Source of the DNA: Bacteroidota bacterium
GTDB lineage: Bacteria > Bacteroidota > Bacteroidia > Bacteroidales > GCA-2748055
DNA length: 64,000 bases
Assembly (NCBI GenBank): GCA_043797815.1
Contig: JAZDPG010000004.1
Location: 25,442-89,441, forward strand
Reading direction: 5' to 3'
Shown: piece after piece, positions 46,006-54,996 of the stretch
Layout of the letters: every line of letters begins with the position of its first letter
Numbering within the stretch: the stretch's first letter is position 1
Notes under the pieces: model-generated
What the model was told of the DNA's origin: nothing
The model's database searches: none
Seen by the model: the letters and a program-made list of their open reading frames with translations, nothing else
Translations under genes and position numbers: made by a program

Positions 46006-48048
46006 ATGTCAACGAAGAAAAAATATAGCATAAAGCATACCGATAAAGAGACCCTGGCAAAATGGTTCAAGCTCATGTTGGTGGGCCGGGCCATCGATGA
46101 CAGGGCTCCCAATTACCTGAAACAGGCTATTGGCTGGTCCTATCATGCCCCCTATGCAGGACATGACGGAATTCAGCTGGCCATTGGACAGGTATTTGAG
46201 AGGGAAAGCGACCACCTGTTCCCCTATTACATGGATATGCTTACCACCCTTTCGGCCGGACTTACTGCCGAGGAACTGATCCTGAACGGTATCTCAAAGG
46301 ATAACGATGTGGCCGGCGGCGGACGCCATATGTCGAACCACTTTGCCAAACCGGCCTGGAACATCCACAATGTCTCCTCCTGTACCGGGAACCATACCCT
46401 GCATGCGGTTGGAGTAGCGAGGGCCATTAAAAAATACAAAGTTCCCGGAGTAGCCATAAGCTCCCAGGGTGAATCATCGGTTTCAGAAGGATATGTGTAC
46501 GAGGCCATCAACGGTGCTTCCAACGAGAAGCTACCGGTGATTTTTGTATTCCAGGACAATGGGTACGGGATTTCTGTACCCAAGGCAGACCAAACCGCCA
46601 ACCGGAAAGTCGCCAACAATTTCACAGGTTTTAAAAATCTCAAAATCTTCCACTGCAATGGCAAAGATGTATTCGATAGCATGAATACCATGGCTGAAGC
46701 CAAAGCCTATGTCATCGAGCATGAGCACCCGGTTATCGTCCAGGCCAATTGTGTCAGGATCCATTCCCATTCCAACTCGGACCGGCATGATCTCTACCGC
46801 GACGATTATGAACTGAATTATGTGCATGCCTACGATCCCCTGGCGAAATTCAGAAGGTTGCTTCTCAGGTACGAACGGTTTTCAGAGGCCGAGATCGATA
46901 TGCTTGAAAACGAAGCGAGGGACATTGTGAAGGCAGCCCATAAAGTGGGGATGAATGCTCCCAATCCATCTCCCGAATCCATTTACGATTTTGTAATTCC
47001 TGAACCCTATGTGAGTGAGAAGTATCCCGATGGGCTTCACGATTATGAAGGAGAACCCAAAAAACTGATCGAGGGATTGAATGAAACCCTGAAAGCCGAA
47101 TTCCGCTATAATCCCGACTCATTCATCTGGGGCCAGGATGTGGCAAACAAAGACAAAGGTGGTATTTTCAATGTGACCAAAGGAATGCAGCAGGAATTTG
47201 GCAAGGAGAGGGTATTCAATGGTCCCATTGCCGAAGATTTCATTATGGGAACTGCCAACGGGATGAGCAGGTTCAATGACAAACTCCGGATCGTTGTTGA
47301 GGGCGCTGAATTTGCTGATTACTTCTGGCCGGCCATGGAGCAATTCGTGGAGACCACCCATGAATACTGGCGTACCAAAGGCCAGTTTTCTCCCAACATC
47401 ACCGTCAGGCTGGCATCGGGAGGATATATCGGAGGCGGCCTTTACCACTCCCAGACCATCGAAGGGTCCCTTGCAGGTTTACCGGGGGTAAGGGTGGTCT
47501 ATCCATCCTATGCTGATGACGCGGCCGGACTGCTGCGAACCAGCATGAGGTCGAGGGGAATGACGCTTTTCCTGGAACCCAAGGCACTGTATAACGCTCC
47601 CAAAGTGGCAGCACCGATTCCTGATGACTTCGAGGTGCCATTTGGAAAGGCCCGTGTAAGAAAAGAGGGTACCGATCTGAGTATCATAACTTACGGGAAT
47701 ACCACACCCATGTGTGTAGAGCTGGCTGATAAATTTGAAAAAGAGGGAACTGCCAGCCTGGAGGTGTTGGATCTCAGATCGCTTAGTCCACTGGATACGG
47801 ATGCCATACTTGCCTCGGTAAAGAAGACTGGTAAAGCCCTTGTGGTACACGAAGATAAAGTCTTCGGCGGTTTTGGAGGGGAGGTGGTCTCGCAGATCAA
47901 TGACCTGGCCTTTGAACATCTGGATGGTCCGGTGAAGAGGGTTGGATCAACATTCACACCCGTGGGCTTTAACAGGATTCTGGAATCAGCTGTACTTCCC
48001 GATTTGAAAAGAATCGAAAAGGTTGCCATTGACCTTCTGAACTACTAA
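46006..48048 (+). CDS. 2-oxoacid (branched-chain type) dehydrogenase E1, fused alpha/beta subunits
   Basis: About 680 aa. TPP-binding alpha-like N-half and transketolase-like beta C-half (FNGPIAEDFIMGTANG). Start at ATG 46006, or GTG 45997. Confidence 0.8.
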   Translation: MSTKKKYSIKHTDKETLAKWFKLMLVGRAIDDRAPNYLKQAIGWSYHAPYAGHDGIQLAIGQVFERESDHLFPYYMDMLTTLSAGLTAEELILNGISKDNDVAGGGRHMSNHFAKPAWNIHNVSSCTGNHTLHAVGVARAIKKYKVPGVAISSQGESSVSEGYVYEAINGASNEKLPVIFVFQDNGYGISVPKADQTANRKVANNFTGFKNLKIFHCNGKDVFDSMNTMAEAKAYVIEHEHPVIVQANCVRIHSHSNSDRHDLYRDDYELNYVHAYDPLAKFRRLLLRYERFSEAEIDMLENEARDIVKAAHKVGMNAPNPSPESIYDFVIPEPYVSEKYPDGLHDYEGEPKKLIEGLNETLKAEFRYNPDSFIWGQDVANKDKGGIFNVTKGMQQEFGKERVFNGPIAEDFIMGTANGMSRFNDKLRIVVEGAEFADYFWPAMEQFVETTHEYWRTKGQFSPNITVRLASGGYIGGGLYHSQTIEGSLAGLPGVRVVYPSYADDAAGLLRTSMRSRGMTLFLEPKALYNAPKVAAPIPDDFEVPFGKARVRKEGTDLSIITYGNTTPMCVELADKFEKEGTASLEVLDLRSLSPLDTDAILASVKKTGKALVVHEDKVFGGFGGEVVSQINDLAFEHLDGPVKRVGSTFTPVGFNRILESAVLPDLKRIEKVAIDLLNY

Positions 48049-48068
48049 TCCATAAAACCCTTATACCA

Positions 48069-48575
48069 GTGAAAAAAACTGCAATCATATACAGTTTCAA
48101 TACCAAGAAAACAGGCAAAGTAGCCGAACGCATCAGGGATGTTTTCGGAGACGACAAGGTGGAAATGGTCAATGCTGAAGATTTGTCCGAAGAGGTATTT
48201 ATGTCCTATGGCAGGATCATTATGGGTGTTGCAACGTGGTTTGACGGTGAACTTCCCAACTTCTGGGATGAATTTGTACCTGCCCTGGAAGATCTGGACC
48301 TTTCAGGAAAAAAGATCGCCCTTTTTGGCTTGGGCGATCAAAAAGGTTACCCGGAGAACTTCCTGGATGGAGTGGGAATAATGGCAAAGATCCTGGAGGA
48401 GCAGGGAGCTAAACTGGTGGGCTTTACCAGTGTGCAAGGATACGAATTTGAAAGTTCCCTGGCTCAGCGGGAAGACCGTTTTGCAGGCCTTGCCATTGAC
48501 TATGAAAACCAAGGCTCCATGAACAAAGACAGGGTGGCAGCCTGGGTAGAGCAACTAAAAGAGGAGTTCGCCTAG
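48069..48575 (+). CDS. fldA: long-chain flavodoxin
   Basis: IIYSFNTKKTGKVAE FMN-phosphate loop and GVATWFDGELPNFWDEF. GTG start. Confidence 0.85.
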   Translation: MKKTAIIYSFNTKKTGKVAERIRDVFGDDKVEMVNAEDLSEEVFMSYGRIIMGVATWFDGELPNFWDEFVPALEDLDLSGKKIALFGLGDQKGYPENFLDGVGIMAKILEEQGAKLVGFTSVQGYEFESSLAQREDRFAGLAIDYENQGSMNKDRVAAWVEQLKEEFA

Positions 48576-48705
48576 GAAAGGCGATTTCTGCCCGCCCGAA
48601 GCAGTATTTGACCCCAGAATTGCCATTTTAATATATGTTGAATAGCATATATTGTATTAATTTGCTTTTTTTGTGTTGAAATTATCGTCAGGAAAAACTA
48701 CAATC

Positions 48706-50205
48706 ATGCCAAAAGACCGCGTTTACATTTTCGACACCACATTAAGGGATGGAGAGCAGGTTCCCGGATGCCAGCTGAATACCATTGAGAAAATCGAAGT
48801 CGCCAAGGCACTTCAGGAACTCGGTGTCGATGTCATTGAAGCGGGTTTTCCCATTTCAAGTCCAGGTGATTTCAATTCTGTGGTTGAGATCAGTAAAGCC
48901 GTTAGCGAACCTGTGATCTGTGGTCTCACGAGAGCTGTTAAAAAGGACATAGAAGTTGCAGCAGAATCCCTGAAATTCGCCAAGCGGCCCAGGATCCACA
49001 CAGGGATCGGCACCTCCCACTTTCATATTTACAATAAGCTGAACAGTACTCCTGAGGAGATATTGGTAAGGGCGGTGGAGGCTGTGAAGTATGCCAAATC
49101 TTTCGTGGAAGATGTTGAGTTTTATGCGGAAGATGCAGGCCGTTCCGAAAACAAGTACCTGGCCCAGGTCATTGAGGCTGTGATCGCAGCAGGTGCCACT
49201 GTGGTGAATATCCCTGACACCACAGGATATACCCTCCCGGACGAGTACGGTAAAAAGATCAGGTACCTGGTGGAACATGTGACCAACATTGACAAAGCGA
49301 TCATTTCAACCCACTGTCACAATGATCTGGGAATGGCTACGGCCAATACCATGAGCGGGGTAATCAATGGTGCCAGGCAGGTGGAAGTGACCATCAACGG
49401 CATCGGGGAGCGTGCAGGGAATACATCCCTGGAAGAGGTTGCCATGATTATGAAAAGCCGAAAACACCTGAACCTGGTTACTAACATCAATTCCAAAAAG
49501 ATCTACAGTACCAGCAGGCTGGTTTCGACTCTGATGCGGATGCCTGTCCAGCCCAACAAAGCCATCGTTGGAAGGAATGCATTTGCGCACTCATCGGGAA
49601 TCCACCAGGACGGGGTTTTGAAAAAAAGAGATAATTATGAAATCATCAATCCCAGAACTGTTGGTATCAGTGAGTCCTCCATTCTGCTGACCGCCCGAAG
49701 CGGGAGGGCGGCTTTGAAACACAGGCTGGAAAAACTGGGGTACACATTCACAAAACCAGCCCTGGATCTGATCTATGATGAGTTTCTCAAACTGGCCGAT
49801 TCCAAAAAAGAAATTGTTGATGAGGATTTGAAAATGCTTGCCGGAGCCAATGCGCGTGATATAAAACGAAATCTTCACCTGAATAGTCTTCAGGTTGTTT
49901 GTGGTAAGGGAACCACCCCCGTGGCTACGGTGAACCTTGTATGGCAAGGAGTTTGCCACACCGCAACAGCAAACGGCAATGGGCCTGTTGATGCAGCCAT
50001 CAATGCAGTAAAGTCGATCCTGAAAAACAAGGTCAGGATCGAAGAGTTCCTGATCCAGGCCATCACCAGAGGCAGCGATGATATGGGCAAGGTACACATG
50101 CAGGTAGAGCATAAAAACGTGGTTTACTACGGTTTCTCAGCTTCCACAGATATTATCACTGCTTCGGTGGAAGCATTTATCGATGCCATGAGCCAGATTG
50201 TCTGA
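48706..50205 (+). CDS. leuA: 2-isopropylmalate synthase
   Basis: [14 protein letters not shown] and [12 protein letters not shown] motifs. I prefer ATG 48706 over the track's GTG 48673. Confidence 0.9.
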   Translation: MPKDRVYIFDTTLRDGEQVPGCQLNTIEKIEVAKALQELGVDVIEAGFPISSPGDFNSVVEISKAVSEPVICGLTRAVKKDIEVAAESLKFAKRPRIHTGIGTSHFHIYNKLNSTPEEILVRAVEAVKYAKSFVEDVEFYAEDAGRSENKYLAQVIEAVIAAGATVVNIPDTTGYTLPDEYGKKIRYLVEHVTNIDKAIISTHCHNDLGMATANTMSGVINGARQVEVTINGIGERAGNTSLEEVAMIMKSRKHLNLVTNINSKKIYSTSRLVSTLMRMPVQPNKAIVGRNAFAHSSGIHQDGVLKKRDNYEIINPRTVGISESSILLTARSGRAALKHRLEKLGYTFTKPALDLIYDEFLKLADSKKEIVDEDLKMLAGANARDIKRNLHLNSLQVVCGKGTTPVATVNLVWQGVCHTATANGNGPVDAAINAVKSILKNKVRIEEFLIQAITRGSDDMGKVHMQVEHKNVVYYGFSASTDIITASVEAFIDAMSQIV

Positions 50206-50257
50206 CAGCCCATACCCGCCACGGGCAAATGGGGTACCGGGTGAGATAGGTCACTCA

Positions 50258-50287
50258 ATAAAAACAGGGTGTCCTTGTGAGACACCC
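50258..50287 (-). terminator. intrinsic terminator for the minus-strand gene ending at 50315
   Basis: GGGTGTC (50267-50273) pairs with GACACCC (50281-50287). A T-run follows on the minus strand (complement of the A-run at 50258-50265). Confidence 0.5.
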
Positions 50288-50314
50288 CATTGATTCAGAC
50301 TTTTTTCCTTTATA

Positions 50315-51205
50315 TTAGTAGATTCCAACCTGGCGCATGTTTTTCACAATAATCTCGGGTGTTCCGTCATAGGTTGTGATCAGTCCTGTAACGGTAAGGT
50401 GTTCCCCCAGGAAGAACCGTTCCGGCCTCCAGTTGAATTTTCTTGCAATATGGCCCGGCAGAACCACCGTGAACTGCTGGTTGGGGTAGTCCCCTCCGAA
50501 GAAAAGCAGATAGTCGTCAGTCTCCCTGTTGCGCCAGGTGGCATAAACCCTTCCGTAGACCATGGCGACTTCACCCAGGTTGTATTTGGCATCAAAGGCG
50601 GAGATTGTATTGATCCTGTATCCGTAATCGTATCTCCATCTGTAATTGGGATACCACCTTGTATAGTCGCGGTACATGTTCCTTGTCCAGTAGATTTCAT
50701 TGTAGGCGGGATGGTAGAGTACATTGTAATGATGGATGTAGGTGTCATGGTGATAGTTGGTACTGATCCTGCCTGTCGGATGGGTATTGTGGTAGTGATT
50801 CCCGCTGTAATAATTTTCCCCTGAATAGCTCTTATGCCTGGCATAAACCTTGGTTTCCGGCGTACGGTAGTCAGACCTGGGATTGTTTGCAGTACTGATG
50901 CTTACAGGCCGTTTGACCTGCGCCACCTGGTTTTCACGCGGTTCATCTTGCCTGTAACCTTTGCTGTTGGCAGCTTGTCTCTGAACCTGCTGCTGAACGG
51001 GCTGGCGCTCTACCTGTTGTTTCTGTACGGGCTGGCGCTGTACCTGCTGCTGAACGGGCTGCCTGGTGCTGGTATGTGCTTGTTTCACAGTGGTCTGCTC
51101 CCTTTGGGTTTGGGATTCACTGCGTACTGCCCTCTGGCCGTTTATGGTGGTGAACCCAAAAATCAGAACCGTCAGGATTGCTGCTGTATATTTATTTGCT
51201 TTCAT
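50315..51205 (-). CDS. hypothetical exported protein with Q/V/R-rich repeats and Tyr/His/Asn-rich middle
   Basis: Signal peptide, QPVQQQVQRQ-type repeats, and a globular C-terminus. No family recognised. Confidence 0.5.
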   Translation of the reverse strand: MKANKYTAAILTVLIFGFTTINGQRAVRSESQTQREQTTVKQAHTSTRQPVQQQVQRQPVQKQQVERQPVQQQVQRQAANSKGYRQDEPRENQVAQVKRPVSISTANNPRSDYRTPETKVYARHKSYSGENYYSGNHYHNTHPTGRISTNYHHDTYIHHYNVLYHPAYNEIYWTRNMYRDYTRWYPNYRWRYDYGYRINTISAFDAKYNLGEVAMVYGRVYATWRNRETDDYLLFFGGDYPNQQFTVVLPGHIARKFNWRPERFFLGEHLTVTGLITTYDGTPEIIVKNMRQVGIY

Positions 51206-51330
51206 GATTTCCCGGTATTAATGTTTGACTTATTTGCCTATTGAAAATCAAAATCAATGCCAAAAACTAAAAGTGTACAAAATACACAAGTAGCACATTC
51301 TTTGTATATTACTGATTTGTTGAGTTTTGA

Positions 51331-51366
51331 AATAAAAATAAAGTCCCGGCTTTTTTAAACCGGGAC
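51331..51366 (-). terminator. intrinsic terminator after the blaR1-like gene
   Basis: GTCCCGG (51343-51349) pairs with CCGGGAC (51360-51366). TTTATTTTTATT follows on the minus strand. Confidence 0.55.
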
Positions 51367-51452
51367 AGTTATGTGTAGATTTAGTTTTAGGGTCGGTGAC
51401 TATTTTATTGCAGTCCTTTCCCCATCAGGTTGAGCAAATATAAAGGATATTA

Positions 51453-53141
51453 TTAGAATTCCAAACGATCCCGGACTTCAATTTTCATGGGCAATTCCTC
51501 CAATTCTTTCATGAAGGGTGCCTTATCTAAATCAAAATCAAAGTCAAAATCCAGGTCCTGGTCAAAATCAAAATGCATTTCCGGATAAAAATCAAGATTT
51601 TTCAATACAGAGTCCAAATGAATCCTGACAGATCCCATCTCCCTTTGGATCTCATCCCAGTCGATGGATTCCATGGCATCAACTTTTGCCTGCTCCATCT
51701 CCTTCCTGATCTCTTCCCAGTCGATGGATTCCATGGCATCAACTTTTGCCTGCTCCATATCTTCCTTGATCTTTTCCCAGTCGATGGATTCCATGGCTTC
51801 AACTTTTGCCTGCTCCATCTCCTTCCTGATCTCTTCCCAGTCGATTGATTCCATGGCTTCAACTTTTGCCTGCTCCATATCTTCCTTGATCTTTTCCCAG
51901 TCAATAGATTCAAGGGCCTCCCTGGCTTCCTCCATCTCATTCCTGATCGCTTCCCGATCTGCCTCCTCATTTACTTCACCAGCCTGATCATGTGGACGGA
52001 CTGTATCTTGTTGAACCGCCGGTGCAGACAGGGGGGACCGGACCGGCTCCACAGCTGCTACAGCTTGAACCACCTGTAACGCTTCGGAAGATTCAGGTTG
52101 CCCGGACACATCATCAGGCTGACTGTTGTATCTGGTTATAGAAAGTGCCGAGCTGAATCCTGACATGATGAGTACAATCAGAAATGCTCCGGTCAGAAGA
52201 GCCATCGCTGACAATTTTTCACGAATATTTGTTTTCATGCTTGCTGGGTTTAATATTCTTTGAATTCGGTTCCTTAGTTGTCCACTGTGGTTGCCCGTTG
52301 CAGCCGGGACCAGAGATGGGAGTTTTCTTTGTTCCAGGGCCAGTTTATATAATGCCCTGGCATAGTCCAGTGGCTGAGGGCACACCGTCAATACCATGTC
52401 ATCGCAGCAGAACTCCCTTTCCTTGCGGACGATCCGGGAAAGGATCCAAAAGGCCGGATTATAAAAGAAAAGTATCTCAACAATCCTCTGGAATAAGTTT
52501 ACTACGTGATCCAGTCGTTTCAGGTGAGAAAGTTCATGTACCAGTATTATTTCCACCTGAGAAAAAGGGAGTTGTGCAATCATTCCTGTGGGAATTACAA
52601 TGGCGGGTTTGATGAAGCCAGACAGGAAAGGGGTGTCAATGCGATCTGATTCCAGAAGCAACACATCCGGAATTCTTCCTGCTTTCTTCTTCAATTTCAT
52701 AAACCGTTCAAGCCACATACCCGTGACAGGTTCTCCTCCCTTTCTGATGGACCGGATATGACAATAAGAAGAGAGTGTATGGAGGATGATAAAGAAAATC
52801 CCCGTGAAATAGACATAGGTGCTATAATAACAACAAAGTATTAACCAGTCGTTTACGGTCAAAGTCTGATTGTACAAAAGGAGGGTATTCCGGCTTCCGG
52901 CTACCGTCGTTTCTGAACCTCCTGCCGGGTCATAAAAATAGAGAAACAAGGCAATCATGGAACCAGCAAACAGGAAGAGCCATGTGGTTGCGATCCGATA
53001 GCGAACCAATACAAAGCGGGGAAGGATAAAAAGAAAGGCCAGTTTCAGCACTGCAAGGAAAAATACACCTGCCCAGAGGCTGTGCAACAGTGTTCTGCCC
53101 AATGCCATGATCCAGCTTGGACTGCTATCAAATATTACCAT
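51453..53141 (-). CDS. BlaR1/MecR1-like M56 peptidase signal transducer with repeat-containing C-terminal domain
   Basis: Four or more N-terminal TM segments, the HELSHLKRLDH zinc motif, and a C-terminal 5 x 20-aa repeat. Confidence 0.75.
   Translation of the reverse strand: MVIFDSSPSWIMALGRTLLHSLWAGVFFLAVLKLAFLFILPRFVLVRYRIATTWLFLFAGSMIALFLYFYDPAGGSETTVAGSRNTLLLYNQTLTVNDWLILCCYYSTYVYFTGIFFIILHTLSSYCHIRSIRKGGEPVTGMWLERFMKLKKKAGRIPDVLLLESDRIDTPFLSGFIKPAIVIPTGMIAQLPFSQVEIILVHELSHLKRLDHVVNLFQRIVEILFFYNPAFWILSRIVRKEREFCCDDMVLTVCPQPLDYARALYKLALEQRKLPSLVPAATGNHSGQLRNRIQRILNPASMKTNIREKLSAMALLTGAFLIVLIMSGFSSALSITRYNSQPDDVSGQPESSEALQVVQAVAAVEPVRSPLSAPAVQQDTVRPHDQAGEVNEEADREAIRNEMEEAREALESIDWEKIKEDMEQAKVEAMESIDWEEIRKEMEQAKVEAMESIDWEKIKEDMEQAKVDAMESIDWEEIRKEMEQAKVDAMESIDWDEIQREMGSVRIHLDSVLKNLDFYPEMHFDFDQDLDFDFDFDLDKAPFMKELEELPMKIEVRDRLEF
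51651..51947 (-). repeat. five tandem 60-nt coding repeats (alternating A/B variants)
   Basis: Units at 51651-51710, 51711-51770, 51771-51830, 51831-51890 and 51891-51947. They encode MESIDWE(K/E)I(K/R)(E/K)(D/E)MEQAKV(E/D)A. Confidence 0.9.
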
Positions 53142-53514
53142 GCTGTTGTTTTTCTATTTTCTCAATCAGCGCTTTGATTTCAGACAGCTCCTGTTGGGAT
53201 GCTGTATGGTTCCCTAATGCGTGAAGGACCAAACTGGAAGTATTTCCGTTGAATGCTGTTCTGAGCACATGATCCAGAACGGTGGACTGAATAGCCTCCG
53301 GTTTCACTGCCGGGGTATAAACATGAGACCGCTGGCCTGTATCCCTGGTCAGGATCCCCTTCTCAGTCATAATTTGCATAATCTTCAGGGTAGTGGTGTA
53401 ACCCACTCTGCGCACTTTGTTCAGATTATCGTTGATTTCCCTGACTGTAAGGGGTCCTTTCTCCCAAAGTATGTGCATAATCTCAAGTTCTGAATCACTT
53501 GGTTTTCCCGGCAT
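53128..53514 (-). CDS. BlaI/MecI/CopY-family winged-helix repressor
   Basis: SDSELEIMHILWEKGPLTVREI...GYTTTLKIMQIMTEKG motif. Overlaps the M56 gene by 14 nt. Confidence 0.85.
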   Translation of the reverse strand: MPGKPSDSELEIMHILWEKGPLTVREINDNLNKVRRVGYTTTLKIMQIMTEKGILTRDTGQRSHVYTPAVKPEAIQSTVLDHVLRTAFNGNTSSLVLHALGNHTASQQELSEIKALIEKIEKQQHGNI

Positions 53515-53516
53515 AG

Positions 53517-53586
53517 TACGAAGTATTTCGTATCAAAAATATACCATGGTTTTGATATTTCCAAATGAATTACGAAATTCTTCGTA
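53517..53586 (-). promoter_or_regulatory. promoter (TTTG, 20-nt spacer, TATTTTTG on minus strand) bracketed by two TACGAA-N4-TTCGTA operators
   Basis: O1 TACGAAGTATTTCGTA at 53517-53532 and O2 TACGAAATTCTTCGTA at 53571-53586. The -7 box is the complement of 53534-53541 and the -33 box is the complement of 53562-53565. Confidence 0.55.
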
Positions 53587-53599
53587 TTATTAAGATTTC

Positions 53600-54166
53600 T
53601 TAACAATCCTGTTGGTACTCCTCTGAGTTGAATACAAAGGCCTCATAGGTGTAGAGTTCGGCAGTTTTCCATCCTTCCCAACCCAGGCCGGCCTTGTACT
53701 TGGAGCAGTTACCCAGGAATTGTTCAACATTCCAGTTCTGTTTGAGTGCAACCTGGGGAAGCAAAGTGCCACGGTATTCGCCGTTCTGGATGTAAATGCC
53801 ATGGGTTCCCAGAACAATTTCTTCCGGACGAGAAATTTTTTTCCTGGGAGAGAGGACGCTGATCTCAATTATCAATTGTTTAAGCTCGCTTGCCTCAATG
53901 GGGGAGAATCTTGAATCGGAGACAGCAGCAGAGAGTGCCATTTTTCTTACATTGACATAAAGCATTTCATTTTCGGAAAATGTACCTATGCAGCCTCTCA
54001 GATCATTTTTAACATAGAGACTGACAAATGCACCGCAACGGATCCGGACCGATTCGGGAATCCCGGACTCTGAAACTTGTTTCCCGCGCTCAGGAGCAAG
54101 ATGCTCCTCAATGCGTTGCCTGGCCATTTGAAGCAGCAGCCACTTATCACTGTCTGGGATCAACAT
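53600..54166 (-). CDS. AmmeMemoRadiSam system protein A (AMMECR1 domain)
   Basis: LRGCIGTF motif. I prefer the start at ATG 54166 (189 aa), which overlaps the Memo gene by 7 nt. Confidence 0.8.
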   Translation of the reverse strand: MLIPDSDKWLLLQMARQRIEEHLAPERGKQVSESGIPESVRIRCGAFVSLYVKNDLRGCIGTFSENEMLYVNVRKMALSAAVSDSRFSPIEASELKQLIIEISVLSPRKKISRPEEIVLGTHGIYIQNGEYRGTLLPQVALKQNWNVEQFLGNCSKYKAGLGWEGWKTAELYTYEAFVFNSEEYQQDC

Positions 54167-54996
54167 CGGTACAAGATCATTGAGATGTAATCTACCACCT
54201 CGGGTGAAGGGCTCACATCCCCCGAATTTCCCCGGGCAAGTATCCTGATGAGATATCCTGGATTGATCATGGCAGTATAAGACATCAGGGCCATGATAGG
54301 CCCGTAACCACACACCGATACCCTGTGATCATTCACAGCATCTTCAACTCCTTTTGGATTCCTGGCAAGAATTTCATCCACCACATACTGATCCTTTTTT
54401 CTTCCCTCCCCGGGCGGAAGGAAGTGGGAAAAATCACAGGAGGCAAGAACCATGATCTCCCTGCCGGTCCGGGTGGCTGTTTCATGGATTTTTTCTGCAA
54501 CAAGGACCGCCTGATCATATCCCTGGTTTCCCATACAAACTGGAACTATGGAAAAGAAATGATCCTCCAGGTAATACTGGAGGTAAGGAATGATCACCTC
54601 GGCAGCGTGTTCCCTTGCATGGGCCTTACCGTCAAAAGGAAGTCCCATTTCCAGGGCAAATTCCCTGTCCAGGGGAACTTCCCCCACATCATTGACCCAC
54701 ATATGGGCATCATCAACCGCCAGTGGAAGGCCCTGGCCCGTATGGTTTGGGTGAACAATCACAAAGGTGGCAGGAAATTTCTCCTGCTTTCTCAGCAGCT
54801 GAAAAAAGGGGATGGTCTGAGGACCGGAATAGATATGCCCTGCATGGGGCAGCACGGCTCCATAAATGCTCTCGGGCCGGATATCCGCCTCGGGATACCT
54901 GGCTGCCGATTCAATCTCCCTGATCTGATCAAAGATCTTACGTTTCGATGAAGGATAAAACCTGCCTTCTACTGCAGCTTTTCTTTTGCTCATCAA
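54160..54996 (-). CDS. AmmeMemoRadiSam system protein B (Memo-like)
   Basis: GAVLPHAGHIYSG motif and His/Asp/Cys metal-site-like residues. About 278 aa. Confidence 0.8.
   Translation of the reverse strand: MMSKRKAAVEGRFYPSSKRKIFDQIREIESAARYPEADIRPESIYGAVLPHAGHIYSGPQTIPFFQLLRKQEKFPATFVIVHPNHTGQGLPLAVDDAHMWVNDVGEVPLDREFALEMGLPFDGKAHAREHAAEVIIPYLQYYLEDHFFSIVPVCMGNQGYDQAVLVAEKIHETATRTGREIMVLASCDFSHFLPPGEGRKKDQYVVDEILARNPKGVEDAVNDHRVSVCGYGPIMALMSYTAMINPGYLIRILARGNSGDVSPSPEVVDYISMILYRC

Noticed and set aside
48635-48679. Possible Leu-rich leader peptide ([14 protein letters not shown]) upstream of leuA
   Set aside because: It has only 4 Leu in 14 codons, scattered rather than clustered. No convincing terminator or antiterminator hairpin follows (only a weak AGCA/TGCT stem before a T-run), and the ORF overlaps the leuA upstream frame. 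The evidence is insufficient.
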